The position numbers and the translations under genes are program-made. A DNA stretch of 64,000 nt from Bdellovibrionota bacterium (lineage in GTDB: Bacteria > Bdellovibrionota_C > UBA2361 > CALJRW01): NCBI GenBank assembly GCA_041740355.1, contig JBGSMD010000006.1, positions 32,001-96,000 on the forward strand, given 5' to 3'. The stretch's first letter is position 1. Every line of letters starts with the position of its first letter. Of the stretch, positions 50,556 to 59,752 are shown piece by piece. Under the pieces are notes generated by a model that had not been told where the DNA came from, made no database searches, and was given only the letters and a program-made list of their open reading frames with translations.

Positions 50556-51398
50556 ATGAAAATAATTAAACTTACTTTTTTACTATTAATTCTTCTTTTT
50601 ACTAGTAGCTGTCGTGACGTCCAAGTCGCTGAAAATATTAATCAGTACCAGGCACATCAAATTATCAATAAGTTAAACTCAGCGGGAATAGACTCCAAGT
50701 ATTTTGCCAGCAATAACGGCAAATCTTATTCAGTTTCCGTGACCCAAAGAAATTATTTACCAGCAGTGGGAATTATTGCTTCTTCCGGAATTTTACCCAA
50801 GGTTGATTCAGATTTTAAAGAATTAACCGAGCCTAAAGGGTTCTTATCAAGCAATAAATCTTTTGATTTATTAAGACTAGACCGTGCTATCGCTGTAGAG
50901 TTGGAAGATGCTCTGCTAGGAGTTCCAAGTATCACCAACGCAAAGGTTGTTGTCCGTTTAAATAGTTTACCTGAAAACCAAATGCCCTCTGTCTCGATTA
51001 TTGCTGGAACACGTGATCAACAAACTGATCTTAGTTACATTACAGATTTAGTAAAAAATGCTATTCCCGGAATCCAAGACGATCATATTAAGCTAATCAT
51101 AGAGCGACTACCTGAATCTGAAGCTGATTTTTCGCTGATTGGAACAACACAGGCTCAGGGGAAGTTGTTGGCTGTCCCCTTAGTTCCGTTTTTAATCTGG
51201 CAGGTCCCTGCCGGGGTTGAATTAGAATTAGCTTGGACGGCAATTATAATTCTGATTTTTGCATTACTAGTGGGTTATTTTTTTGCAACACTTTTTCGTA
51301 AGCCGAAGTCTCGCGAACGTAATTCACTAAGTTTGCCAGAGTCAAGCTCTTTAGCGATAGGATTACAAAAAGATTTGAATGAGGAGGATTTTCGATGA
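50556..51398 (+). CDS. sctJ: SctJ/YscJ/FliF-family inner-membrane ring lipoprotein
   Basis: Lipobox TSSC, QAHQIINKLNSAGI, ELEDAL..VPSITNAKV, PSVSII, LVKNAIPGI...IKL, C-terminal TM. Confidence 0.85.
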   Translation: MKIIKLTFLLLILLFTSSCRDVQVAENINQYQAHQIINKLNSAGIDSKYFASNNGKSYSVSVTQRNYLPAVGIIASSGILPKVDSDFKELTEPKGFLSSNKSFDLLRLDRAIAVELEDALLGVPSITNAKVVVRLNSLPENQMPSVSIIAGTRDQQTDLSYITDLVKNAIPGIQDDHIKLIIERLPESEADFSLIGTTQAQGKLLAVPLVPFLIWQVPAGVELELAWTAIIILIFALLVGYFFATLFRKPKSRERNSLSLPESSSLAIGLQKDLNEEDFR

Positions 51399-51640
51399 GC
51401 CCAGAGAATCAAGGAATGGTTTTCAATAAATTAGCTCCAGAGCAACAAGCTTTAGTCGCAATAGCTGTCTTGCTTGACGGTTTTGATAGTCCCTTTTTTT
51501 TAGGAGAGGATTTTAAGTTTGAGGATCAATTGCGGAAGGCCGCAGAAGAAATTGTAAAAGATGCTCCTGCGCAAAGGTTGCCATATGTGGCAACGTTACT
51601 GCGTCGAGCTTTAAATGAGTTAAGGAATCAAGATGAGTGA
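51395..51640 (+). CDS. Small T3SS-cluster protein (FliG-N/SctK-like position)
   Basis: Translationally coupled between sctJ and the sctQ-like gene; LAPEQQALVAIAVLLDG weakly resembles the FliG N-terminus. Confidence 0.5.
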   Translation: MSPENQGMVFNKLAPEQQALVAIAVLLDGFDSPFFLGEDFKFEDQLRKAAEEIVKDAPAQRLPYVATLLRRALNELRNQDE

Positions 51641-52628
51641 GAATTGGCAATTAGCTGACGAAATTGAAGAACTTGATCCCAAGATAATTAAATATGGAAT
51701 TGGTTTTCTAAAATCACGTCCCCAGAATTGGATTCCTAACTTCTCAACTTTTTGGACTCCATTACTAGATCTTTTAAATTTCGAGGTAGCAGTATTAGAT
51801 ATTCAGCCAACATTTGAATTCCCATTAAGTGGAAGTGGAGTTTGGTTAGGAGCCTTTGAAAATAATAAAATTGGAATTAGTTGTGAACCCTTTGTCGCTA
51901 AATATTTAGCTAGTCTTTTTATTACAGATATTGATGCGGAGACAAGTAAGATTTTAGAGGATTATCTTGCTAGACGATTAATGCGTTCGCTCGTTGCTTC
52001 CTGGACTGGGCCGTCACTAAGTAATTTTAAATATTTTGGTGCCAGTTCCATTAAAGATTTCGATCCAAGTGCTGGTATTAAAATTACAATGTCGATAAAC
52101 GGTAGGCAAGTAACGCTTTGGTTATTAATTGAAGAGCTTTTACTCAAAAAATTGGATAATTTGTGGAGAAGGCAAACCACAACATTTAATATTAAAAAAT
52201 TAGAGGCTAGAAAATACCAATTAATTCTATTTACACAGCAAATCCAACTAGACGATTTAGAGTCATTATTGGTAATAGGAAATAAGATTTACCTTACTGG
52301 CTTGGATCCTAAGTATTTAGCAATGCGGGATGTGATTAATGACTCCACCTGGAAAGTTAAGCTTTACAGTAGCACCGATCAATTAGTAATGAAGATTCTT
52401 GAATCAAACGTTGCATATCAATTAGATCTAAGAGATTTATTAATGCGGGTGACGTTGCCTGAAATTACATTAAGTACTGAACAGCTACAGTTAAATAGTA
52501 GCGAATCATTCTTGCCTACTGGCTTAGCCCTGGGAACAGAGCTTATGATTAAGGTTTCTGATGAAACTGTGGCCCAGGCTAAGTTAGGCAAAGATACAAA
52601 CGGTTACTATGCTGAAATTCTAAACTAG
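51633..52628 (+). CDS. Putative SctQ/FliM-like sorting-platform protein
   Basis: Position before sctR; C-terminal region resembles SPOA repeats (IQLDDLESLLVIG, IKVSDETVAQAKLG). Confidence 0.55.
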   Translation: MSENWQLADEIEELDPKIIKYGIGFLKSRPQNWIPNFSTFWTPLLDLLNFEVAVLDIQPTFEFPLSGSGVWLGAFENNKIGISCEPFVAKYLASLFITDIDAETSKILEDYLARRLMRSLVASWTGPSLSNFKYFGASSIKDFDPSAGIKITMSINGRQVTLWLLIEELLLKKLDNLWRRQTTTFNIKKLEARKYQLILFTQQIQLDDLESLLVIGNKIYLTGLDPKYLAMRDVINDSTWKVKLYSSTDQLVMKILESNVAYQLDLRDLLMRVTLPEITLSTEQLQLNSSESFLPTGLALGTELMIKVSDETVAQAKLGKDTNGYYAEILN

Positions 52629-52698
52629 CTATCTTTATCAGGCGTTAGTTGAAAATTCCCCCTAGAATGCTTGAGGTAACTCAGTTATACTCCACAGC

Positions 52699-53271
52699 AT
52701 GTTAGAATTAGTGTTTATTATGTTGGTGTCCAGTGCTTTTATTAAGCTTGTAACGACACTCAGTATTTTTCAGTACGGATTAGGGCTTAAGAATTTTTCC
52801 TTTAGCATTATAGTTTTTCTATTTAGTCTAGTTTTAACCCTTTTTGTAATGCAACCTACCTGGGATAATTTGGGAGGTTGGCAAGGAGTAAGTAAAGCTA
52901 CCCCCGAACAAGTTGTTATCTTTCAAAGTCAAATTGATCCATTTGTTACTAAGCATAGTGATCCTGAAACGCTTGCAAAGTTACAAGCAATCTATCAAAA
53001 AAATCAGCCTGAAGTTTCAGTGACAGTTATTCCTTGGTCAGTAAAGATTACGGCCTTTATGATTACGGAACTAAAAGAAGCTTTTTATATTGGACTTTTA
53101 TTAATCATACCTTTTATTTTCCTAGATTTACTGACAGTTAATATTTTAATGGCGCTGGGAATTACTCAAATTTCAGCTTTAACTGTAGCACTACCCTTCA
53201 AATTGTTAATTTTTTATCTTTTCGATGGGTGGCAGTTATTAACTGAGAAATTGCTAAGCTTTTACAATTAA
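52699..53271 (+). CDS. sctR: SctR/FliP-family export-gate protein (divergent)
   Basis: SAFIKLVTTLSI, LTLFVMQP, AFMITELKEAF.IG...PFIFLDL...NILMALG...LPFKLLIFYLFDGW. Confidence 0.9.
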   Translation: MLELVFIMLVSSAFIKLVTTLSIFQYGLGLKNFSFSIIVFLFSLVLTLFVMQPTWDNLGGWQGVSKATPEQVVIFQSQIDPFVTKHSDPETLAKLQAIYQKNQPEVSVTVIPWSVKITAFMITELKEAFYIGLLLIIPFIFLDLLTVNILMALGITQISALTVALPFKLLIFYLFDGWQLLTEKLLSFYN

Positions 53272-53276
53272 ATAAA

Positions 53277-53525
53277 ATGACTCCAGACTTATTAATTGAA
53301 TCATTAATTTATGCTGTACGTATTTTTTTATTGGTAACAATTCCACTTTTAGCCATCTTGACCTTGGCTGGTACTATTTCAGGAATGCTCCAAGCAATAA
53401 CAGGGATACGGGAAAGTTTACTGAATTATTTGACTAAGCTAATTGCCTTGTTTGCTGTGTTTTATTTCTTTTTGCCAAGCTTCTTACAAACTTTGGAAGA
53501 AATGTTTAATAACTACTACTTATGA
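53277..53525 (+). CDS. sctS: SctS/FliQ-family export-gate protein (divergent)
   Basis: 82 aa, P...G...GMLQAITGIRE..L.Y..K; follows sctR. Confidence 0.82.
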   Translation: MTPDLLIESLIYAVRIFLLVTIPLLAILTLAGTISGMLQAITGIRESLLNYLTKLIALFAVFYFFLPSFLQTLEEMFNNYYL

Positions 53526-54097
53526 CACCATTAGTACTTAGTGGAGTAATAGTTTACTGTTGGGGACGGATTGGTTTTCTCTTGGGGTTAATATTTCTAA
53601 TTAGCTTACTTATTTATTTTACAGGCGAGCTGGGACTTTCGATCACACCTTTAGAAAGGCTCTTGTTAGTATCTTCCGTAATGAGCCTTCCGCTCAGTTT
53701 TTATTTAGCTGGTTCATATCTAGATAATTATTTAGCGGATAAATTTTCTTTCCAGTTACCTTTCGCGCTGGTGTTTCTTTTGTCTGGTAGTTATCTTTTA
53801 TTAGAGCAAGGACTTTTAATAGATCAACTTGACCATACATTAAATTTAATTAATGCCGCAGCTGATAATTCCTTCTTAATGATTCTGTTCGAAATAATTA
53901 GTAAGATAATTATGACAACCACAGGCCTAATGCTAATTGTTTTATTAATCGCGCTAATTTTTATTGTGCCACTTGCTTGGCTGATGAAAAATTCTCAATT
54001 GAATTTTAGTTGGAGTATCCCCAGTCTTAATTTCATATTGATATTATTTTTTTTAGCATCCGGCTACCAGTTAATTTTATCTAAATTATTATCCTAA
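53522..54097 (+). CDS. SctT/FliR-like polytopic membrane protein (short, divergent)
   Basis: Very hydrophobic, located between sctS and the sctU-like gene; AGSYLD and C-terminal QLN...SIP patterns. Confidence 0.6.
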   Translation: MTPLVLSGVIVYCWGRIGFLLGLIFLISLLIYFTGELGLSITPLERLLLVSSVMSLPLSFYLAGSYLDNYLADKFSFQLPFALVFLLSGSYLLLEQGLLIDQLDHTLNLINAAADNSFLMILFEIISKIIMTTTGLMLIVLLIALIFIVPLAWLMKNSQLNFSWSIPSLNFILILFFLASGYQLILSKLLS

Positions 54098-54772
54098 ATG
54101 GCTTTTAGCTTTCTAAATAACAGGCAGCTGCAAGACCTTCGTCGGCAAGGAATTTTCCAATATTCTTCTTGGACTAGTCGGCTTATTGTCTTAGTCAGTC
54201 TCTCTGGTTATTTTTATTTTTCTGGGGATAAGTTAATTCCTATGCTATTAAGTTTTTATCAAAATCTTTTCTCAATTCATGATTTAAACTTAATGGTAGT
54301 GGGGCAATTTTGGAGTAAGCTGTTATTTGATTTTATATTCATCCCAACATTACTTTTAATACTGTCAATTTTAATTGGGGGGTTATTACAGACTAAGTTT
54401 TATTTAAGATTTAATAGTCTGGCATTTGACTTGGGGCAACTTGGATTAAAGGCACAGTTGCAAAAAATTAAGCCAATTAAACGAATTTTATTTGGGCTAG
54501 CATTTCCGATACTATTTTTTATTCTATTAATGTTAACAATAAGTTGGGTAAAAAATCTACTTATTGCTTTTTCCTGGGCGCAGGAGGAATCTCTCGTTCA
54601 GTACTTATCTCTCTTCAAATCAATTGCTAGTCAAATTGCCATCGTTGCTGTATTATTAATATTCTTAGCAACGATCCTCAACTGGTTCTATTTCCGGCTT
54701 GAACATCGAAATATTGATCATGATTTGGCAGAAGATTCTGCCAATCAGAGTGCTATTGATAGTATTAGATAA
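54098..54772 (+). CDS. SctU/FlhB-like membrane domain only
   Basis: LQDLRRQG...S N-terminus, four TMs, GGLLQTKF; ends before the NPTH domain. Confidence 0.7.
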   Translation: MAFSFLNNRQLQDLRRQGIFQYSSWTSRLIVLVSLSGYFYFSGDKLIPMLLSFYQNLFSIHDLNLMVVGQFWSKLLFDFIFIPTLLLILSILIGGLLQTKFYLRFNSLAFDLGQLGLKAQLQKIKPIKRILFGLAFPILFFILLMLTISWVKNLLIAFSWAQEESLVQYLSLFKSIASQIAIVAVLLIFLATILNWFYFRLEHRNIDHDLAEDSANQSAIDSIR

Positions 54773-55014
54773 TGCCATACCCAAAAAAAGACTTAATATC
54801 GCATGCTCCTTTATTCTTGTTATTACCAGAACGTCGCTCTTTGGATGGCTTTGAGAAGTATCTGTCTGCTTTTTATTTAAGGCTGGAAAAACTTAAACAG
54901 TTAGAGCAAGAAGGGGATCAGTTATCAAGCGAAGATTTATCTGAACTAACAATGCTACGGCAAGTCGTCGATTGGCTTACACTCCATTCAGAAATTGAAA
55001 GTAATAGGAATTAA
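54772..55014 (+). CDS. Small hypothetical protein (SctX-like position)
   Basis: Coupled to the sctU-like gene and upstream of the TPR protein. Confidence 0.55.
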   Translation: MPYPKKDLISHAPLFLLLPERRSLDGFEKYLSAFYLRLEKLKQLEQEGDQLSSEDLSELTMLRQVVDWLTLHSEIESNRN

Positions 55015-55019
55015 TAAAA

Positions 55020-55439
55020 ATGAGTTTATTAGATGCTAAGTCCAGTAGTTATTCCGAGGAAGAGTTGGACTTGCTTTACTCTTTGGGTCTTTTTTATTTA
55101 GAAGCGGGACATTATCGTTCGGCAGAAATGATCTTTCAGGGCTTAACCGCAGTAGCCCCCAGTTTTGCTGATAGTTGGTTAGCAGCTTCAGCTACATTCT
55201 TTATGTTAGGTAATTTTGATCAAGCTAAACGCCATGCGCATCAAGCAATGCGTCTAAATCCCCATGATATTCAAGTACAATTACTTTATGTGACAATCTT
55301 ATTGTCTCAAGGTGAATTATCTGAGGCAGGAACTTTACTTGGTGAAATTAAAGAGCAGATTGATACTCGGGTGATTCAGAATCCCGATCAGATACGTTAT
55401 TTTAAAGCACAGTTAGCAAGATTCGAATTTGGTCAGTAA
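55020..55439 (+). CDS. TPR protein, SctY/SycD(LcrH)-like T3SS chaperone
   Basis: LYSLGLFYLEAGHYRSAEMIFQGL..P, two to three TPRs, 139 aa. Confidence 0.75.
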   Translation: MSLLDAKSSSYSEEELDLLYSLGLFYLEAGHYRSAEMIFQGLTAVAPSFADSWLAASATFFMLGNFDQAKRHAHQAMRLNPHDIQVQLLYVTILLSQGELSEAGTLLGEIKEQIDTRVIQNPDQIRYFKAQLARFEFGQ

Positions 55440-55499
55440 GCATTTAGACTTTGGCAGATCTCAAAAGAAAAAACTATAAATATTTACGTAGGTCAGTAG

Positions 55500-55850
55500 T
55501 TACAACTTTTCTTTGTCATCATCTTCATCATTGTCACCCGAGTCAACTAATGCTGCATCGATAGTTTGCTTTACAGCTAATTCAATTGCCTCGCGTTGAG
55601 CTTGAGGTATTTTTGAGTTAGAAAAAAGCTTTTCAGCTTCTTGCTCTACCATTTGTAATAATTCGCTACGTTCTTGGAAAGACATTTCCCTCGTAGGCAT
55701 TCGACTAGTGCTAGAGACGCCAGTAATTGCTCCAACTTTAGAAGTTTTATTAACCTGAGAAATTGCTTCGGATTTACGTACCGAATTTAAGGCATCAGTT
55801 TTATTAATACCCTTAATTTTTTTATCATTTGAATCAACACCATCAACCAT
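55500..55850 (-). CDS. Small hypothetical protein downstream of a sigma factor
   Basis: Disordered N-terminal half, helical C-terminal half; 28 nt after the sigma gene. Confidence 0.65.
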   Translation of the reverse strand: MVDGVDSNDKKIKGINKTDALNSVRKSEAISQVNKTSKVGAITGVSSTSRMPTREMSFQERSELLQMVEQEAEKLFSNSKIPQAQREAIELAVKQTIDAALVDSGDNDEDDDKEKL

Positions 55851-55878
55851 TTTATTCTCCGTTCATTTAGAAATCTAT

Positions 55879-56664
55879 TTAGTACTGTCCTGAAAATTCT
55901 GAAACTTTTTTTGTAAATATTCCAAAATCTTCTTGATTTGCTAAGACCATATTGGCATCTTTTAGTCCTGGCCTAATACGCGGGCAATCTAATTCTTTAC
56001 CTGTAGAAACACTTTTTTGTAGATACTCCATGATGACTTTGTGTTCTCGAATTACATTTAACTCATCGGTATTCCATTCCGTTGCAACACCACGAAGCGA
56101 TAGTCCTTCCCAGTAGACCTTCCAGACTAGTAATTGATGCAGAGGTTGTAGATCGGAGAGATTGATGATCAATTGTTTAAACTCAGTTGCTTCTTCCGGA
56201 TTGGAATCTTGAATTCCATGTTTAGTAGATATTAAACAGGCACTAATTAACAACTGTTGAATTCCAACGCGGACACCTTGTTCCGAATCATCATCACTCG
56301 GCAAAACACCTGATCTAATTTGAGGATATAATTCAAATAACTCAGCAGAAATTGCGCGGGCTAATCTTTCTGTGCGTTTAGAATTGCGACTATCTTTTTC
56401 CCAAGATTTACTATTACGGGCAGCTTCAGTAGATGCTTCATGAATTCTGCGGCGGGCATAACTCTTAAATGGCACACCTAAATTAGGATCAAATCTGCGA
56501 GCACAAAAAATTAATGCTTCAAAAGCAGCTCCATCTAGTCCATCATCTTGCCAATGTAAACTCCATCCCCGAGCAACCGATTTGGCAATTTTCTCTGCCC
56601 AAATTTGGTGTTCAAGTACTAACTCATTGGCTTCATCCATGCTTAAAATCGTTGTTTCGGTCAT
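55879..56664 (-). CDS. Divergent FliA/WhiG-like sigma-70 factor
   Basis: Region 2 ARRFDPNLGVPFKSYARRRI; region 4 VYWEGLSLRGVA. Confidence 0.78.
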   Translation of the reverse strand: MTETTILSMDEANELVLEHQIWAEKIAKSVARGWSLHWQDDGLDGAAFEALIFCARRFDPNLGVPFKSYARRRIHEASTEAARNSKSWEKDSRNSKRTERLARAISAELFELYPQIRSGVLPSDDDSEQGVRVGIQQLLISACLISTKHGIQDSNPEEATEFKQLIINLSDLQPLHQLLVWKVYWEGLSLRGVATEWNTDELNVIREHKVIMEYLQKSVSTGKELDCPRIRPGLKDANMVLANQEDFGIFTKKVSEFSGQY

Positions 56665-56986
56665 CTTAAGTATTTTACATTAAAAATTTAGAATTCGCCA
56701 TAAGTTTATAGAAGCAGTTCCCTAAGAATCCACGACAATTACTTATGTGCAATGCACTAATCGCAGACTGGCTATTCAAATCTTGGCTAAATCCCAAGTT
56801 TGAGTTCCTAAAAACAATAAGCTTAGTAAACCCAAGGGAAATTCCTGAAATGTTCTTCAGAAATTATTTTTGAATTTACTATAAATTTTAAGCTGTTCAA
56901 ATTTAATCGAAGTGATTTTTGAACCAGCCGTGGATTCCAAAAGTTAATGTTGCTATACATTTCCTTTTGGAGTCCACTCATAAGGG

Positions 56987-57772
56987 ATGTTTGTTATGAG
57001 TAATAGTCGTTCAGAAGAAGCTAAAACTAAAGCTAAAATATATGATTTCGCAAAAATAGTTGAGCGTAAGGAATCAATTGCGACCCACCTAAGTATCCAT
57101 GAAAAGAATGGTTTAATCATGAAAAACAGAATTCAGGGCCGTAAATTAGCCTGTAGCATGCTAAGAAAATGGAACTGTCGACTAGATTTAGAAGAAGTTG
57201 ATAGTATCGTAGACTTATCTCTCTGCGAAGCAGTAAAGTATTTTGACCCGGCCAAAGGAGTGAATTTTCTAACTTTCCTTTTCTATCATTTACGTGGAAA
57301 TTTAATTCGTACAATTAAAATCCAAGCGAATCAAACTGCTATTCCTTTAGAGTTTACCGATGAGAATATGGAAAGTGGCTATATCGGTCATGAAAGAATT
57401 AATACTGCTGATGCTTTTGAAACTTTTGGAACTGTCCAGAAGTCTCCCGACCAGCAATTACAAGAAGGCCAATTTTTCGAATTAACAAAACTTGCTTGTG
57501 AAAAATTAACGGATCTGGAGCGAGAAATTATCAAAAATGTTTTTATTCATGAGGAGCAGGTAACCCAACTTGCACAAGATTTAAATTATAGTCGCTGTCA
57601 TATTTCCAGATTAAAAACAGCTACGATTAATAAATTAAGATCAGAGATCGAAAAAATTACAGGCGAGAAAATTTCTGTATCGGAAGGAGTAGATAGTCCT
57701 CGTCGAGCACTAGATGTTAGACATCGAGTTCGTGTGCACAAGGTTAGGAAGGTAAAAAAGATAGCTGCTTAA
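56987..57772 (+). CDS. Divergent FliA/SigB-like sigma-70 factor
   Basis: Region 2 LCEAVKYFDPAKGVNFLTF...LRG; region 4 LTDLEREII...LAQDLNYSRCHISRL. Confidence 0.82.
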   Translation: MFVMSNSRSEEAKTKAKIYDFAKIVERKESIATHLSIHEKNGLIMKNRIQGRKLACSMLRKWNCRLDLEEVDSIVDLSLCEAVKYFDPAKGVNFLTFLFYHLRGNLIRTIKIQANQTAIPLEFTDENMESGYIGHERINTADAFETFGTVQKSPDQQLQEGQFFELTKLACEKLTDLEREIIKNVFIHEEQVTQLAQDLNYSRCHISRLKTATINKLRSEIEKITGEKISVSEGVDSPRRALDVRHRVRVHKVRKVKKIAA

Positions 57773-57781
57773 TCTTAAATT

Positions 57782-57811
57782 AAAGGCATCACTGTATTAG
57801 GTGTTGCCTTC
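57782..57811 (+). terminator. Hairpin after the sigma gene
   Basis: aaggcatcac...gtgttgcctt imperfect stem. Confidence 0.4.
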
Positions 57812-58268
57812 GATTTAAATATTCACAAGTTATAGTAAGCACGAAGTTCTGGAAGTGACCCACCCCCAAGGAACGCCTTATCCAAGGTTGGAGGAAATTC
57901 TTAATGGATTTGCTATAATTGTTGTTTTTAGGAATTCAAAGTAAATATCCTCCTTCGCTTAAGCTCTGGCATGAGAGGAGTTCAAGATTTGAAAAGCCGA
58001 TAAATATTGATTTTTACAAATTTAATATTATAAGCGAGGCTCCCGAGTCCTAAAAATAATTTCCTTCAAGGAAATCGTGTTTAGGACGCTCTATATTACT
58101 TTAGTAATATAGAAAGAAGCTAACGTTCCATTCTTTTAAATGATTTAAATCCTATCACAATTGAGTCGTCTCAGACTTGAATTTTATCTTGCAACTAACT
58201 AAGATTGCCCAGCTGTTAAGTCATTTCAGTCAGAAATTACTAGCACTATTTTATTAATCACCAATTTA

Positions 58269-59147
58269 ATGTTTTTGGCATTTATTAAATTACTGTTACT
58301 GATTCTCGGGGCTTCGGCCATAATTACACCGATTAGCTATTATCTGTTACCTAAGATTTTTGTGATGGAATCAATGTGGCCGTATTCGCGAGTATATGAT
58401 CGGGTAGCTTTAGTTGTCTTGATCGTGGGGCTTTATTATTATCGCAAAGAATTTAAGCTTAGTGAGCTAAAGGCTGATTTTGCTCTTTGGAAAGAAAATT
58501 TAAAATGGCGTAAGTTTTTCCTAGGATTTTTCATCGCTTTAATTCCAGTCCTTTTAGTTTTGCCTCTGAAAGTCCAGCTAGGGGATTTGAGTTGGAGAGT
58601 TGAAGACTTTTCTTATTACTTATTTCGAACAGCAAAACTAATACCAACTATTTTTGTTGTTTCTTTTCTAGAAGAACTAGTATTTCGGATTTTTATTTTC
58701 TGGACGCTTTATAAATCATTTGGACTCTTAAAAGGTGTAGTTTTAAGTAGTGTTTTTTATTCTTTTGTTCATTTCATTGCTCCTGTGAAAACCTTTAAGG
58801 TTGAGGGATATGATTTTTGGGCAGGATTTGAATATTACTTAATTGTAACCGAAAGAATTTTATCGTTCGAGATGATTTCTGCCCTAATTGTTTTAATCAC
58901 CATTGGTGGTTTTCTTGCCCTGTTACTTAAGCAAACTCGCTCCTTGTTTTTATGCGCAGGATTTCATGGAGGATGGATTGCTGCAATAAAAATTGCTAAA
59001 TTTTATACAATTTTTAAGGAAACAGGCGTTAGTAAACTTCAAGAACAGTATTTTTTATTAACCTTTCCGGCCACTTGGTTGGCATTAGCAACCACACTAT
59101 TTTTTGCCTACTTAATTTTCTTTAGAAAAAAACTATGGAATTATTAA
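58269..59147 (+). CDS. CPBP (CAAX/Abi) family intramembrane glutamic protease
   Basis: EELVFR, FYSFVHF and FHGGW motifs; multiple TMs. Confidence 0.88.
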   Translation: MFLAFIKLLLLILGASAIITPISYYLLPKIFVMESMWPYSRVYDRVALVVLIVGLYYYRKEFKLSELKADFALWKENLKWRKFFLGFFIALIPVLLVLPLKVQLGDLSWRVEDFSYYLFRTAKLIPTIFVVSFLEELVFRIFIFWTLYKSFGLLKGVVLSSVFYSFVHFIAPVKTFKVEGYDFWAGFEYYLIVTERILSFEMISALIVLITIGGFLALLLKQTRSLFLCAGFHGGWIAAIKIAKFYTIFKETGVSKLQEQYFLLTFPATWLALATTLFFAYLIFFRKKLWNY

Positions 59148-59752
59148 TTGCTAGTAATAATGCGGGAAAGGTTCAGGAAATTAAGTCGTATTTATTACAT
59201 CCTAACCTCAAAATATACAGTTTGCAGGATTGGCAGACGGCTAAAAAACTTAAGGGTTCTGTGCCAGATCCAGAGGAAACAGGGCAAACTTACCAAGAGA
59301 ATTCCTTAATTAAAGCTAAGGCAGCTTACCAGTGGGCAAGAATACCTTGTTTAGCGGATGATACAGGTTTAGAGGTTGAAGCCTTGGATAATGGACCAGG
59401 ATTATACACTGCTCGCTATGCAGGAGTAAACGCTAGCTATGCTGATAACATTGCCAAAATGAAAAATGATTTAAGTGGAGTTGTAAATCGCCGTGCAAAA
59501 TTCAAAGCATGTTTAGTATATTTTGATGGGGATCAGCAAGTAGTATTTAATGGAGAAATCTCTGGGGAGATTTTAACAGTAGAGCAAGGGGCTGGTGGTT
59601 TTGGTTACGATCCGATTTTTAAGCCTGATGGGAGAGACGTGACTTTTGCTGATTTAAAAATTTCTGAGCCGCAATATCCAACCCATCGAATTCAAGCACT
59701 AATTAAATTTAGAGAATTTTTACTTGCTTCAAAGCTTCATACAGCACAATAG
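59135..59752 (+). CDS. rdgB: Non-canonical purine NTP pyrophosphatase (RdgB/HAM1)
   Basis: ASNNAGK, ETGQTYQENS, ADDTGL, PGLYTARY, GFGYDPIF, THR. Confidence 0.94.
   Translation: MELLIASNNAGKVQEIKSYLLHPNLKIYSLQDWQTAKKLKGSVPDPEETGQTYQENSLIKAKAAYQWARIPCLADDTGLEVEALDNGPGLYTARYAGVNASYADNIAKMKNDLSGVVNRRAKFKACLVYFDGDQQVVFNGEISGEILTVEQGAGGFGYDPIFKPDGRDVTFADLKISEPQYPTHRIQALIKFREFLLASKLHTAQ

Noticed and set aside
50556-55439. Ordinary flagellar fli operon
   Set aside because: The ring protein is a short SctJ-type lipoprotein rather than full FliF, a T3SS-type TPR chaperone is present, and no rod, hook or filament genes are in the window.
57996-58003. Perfect sigma28 -10 box GCCGATAA
   Set aside because: No TAAA -35 element at the correct spacing.
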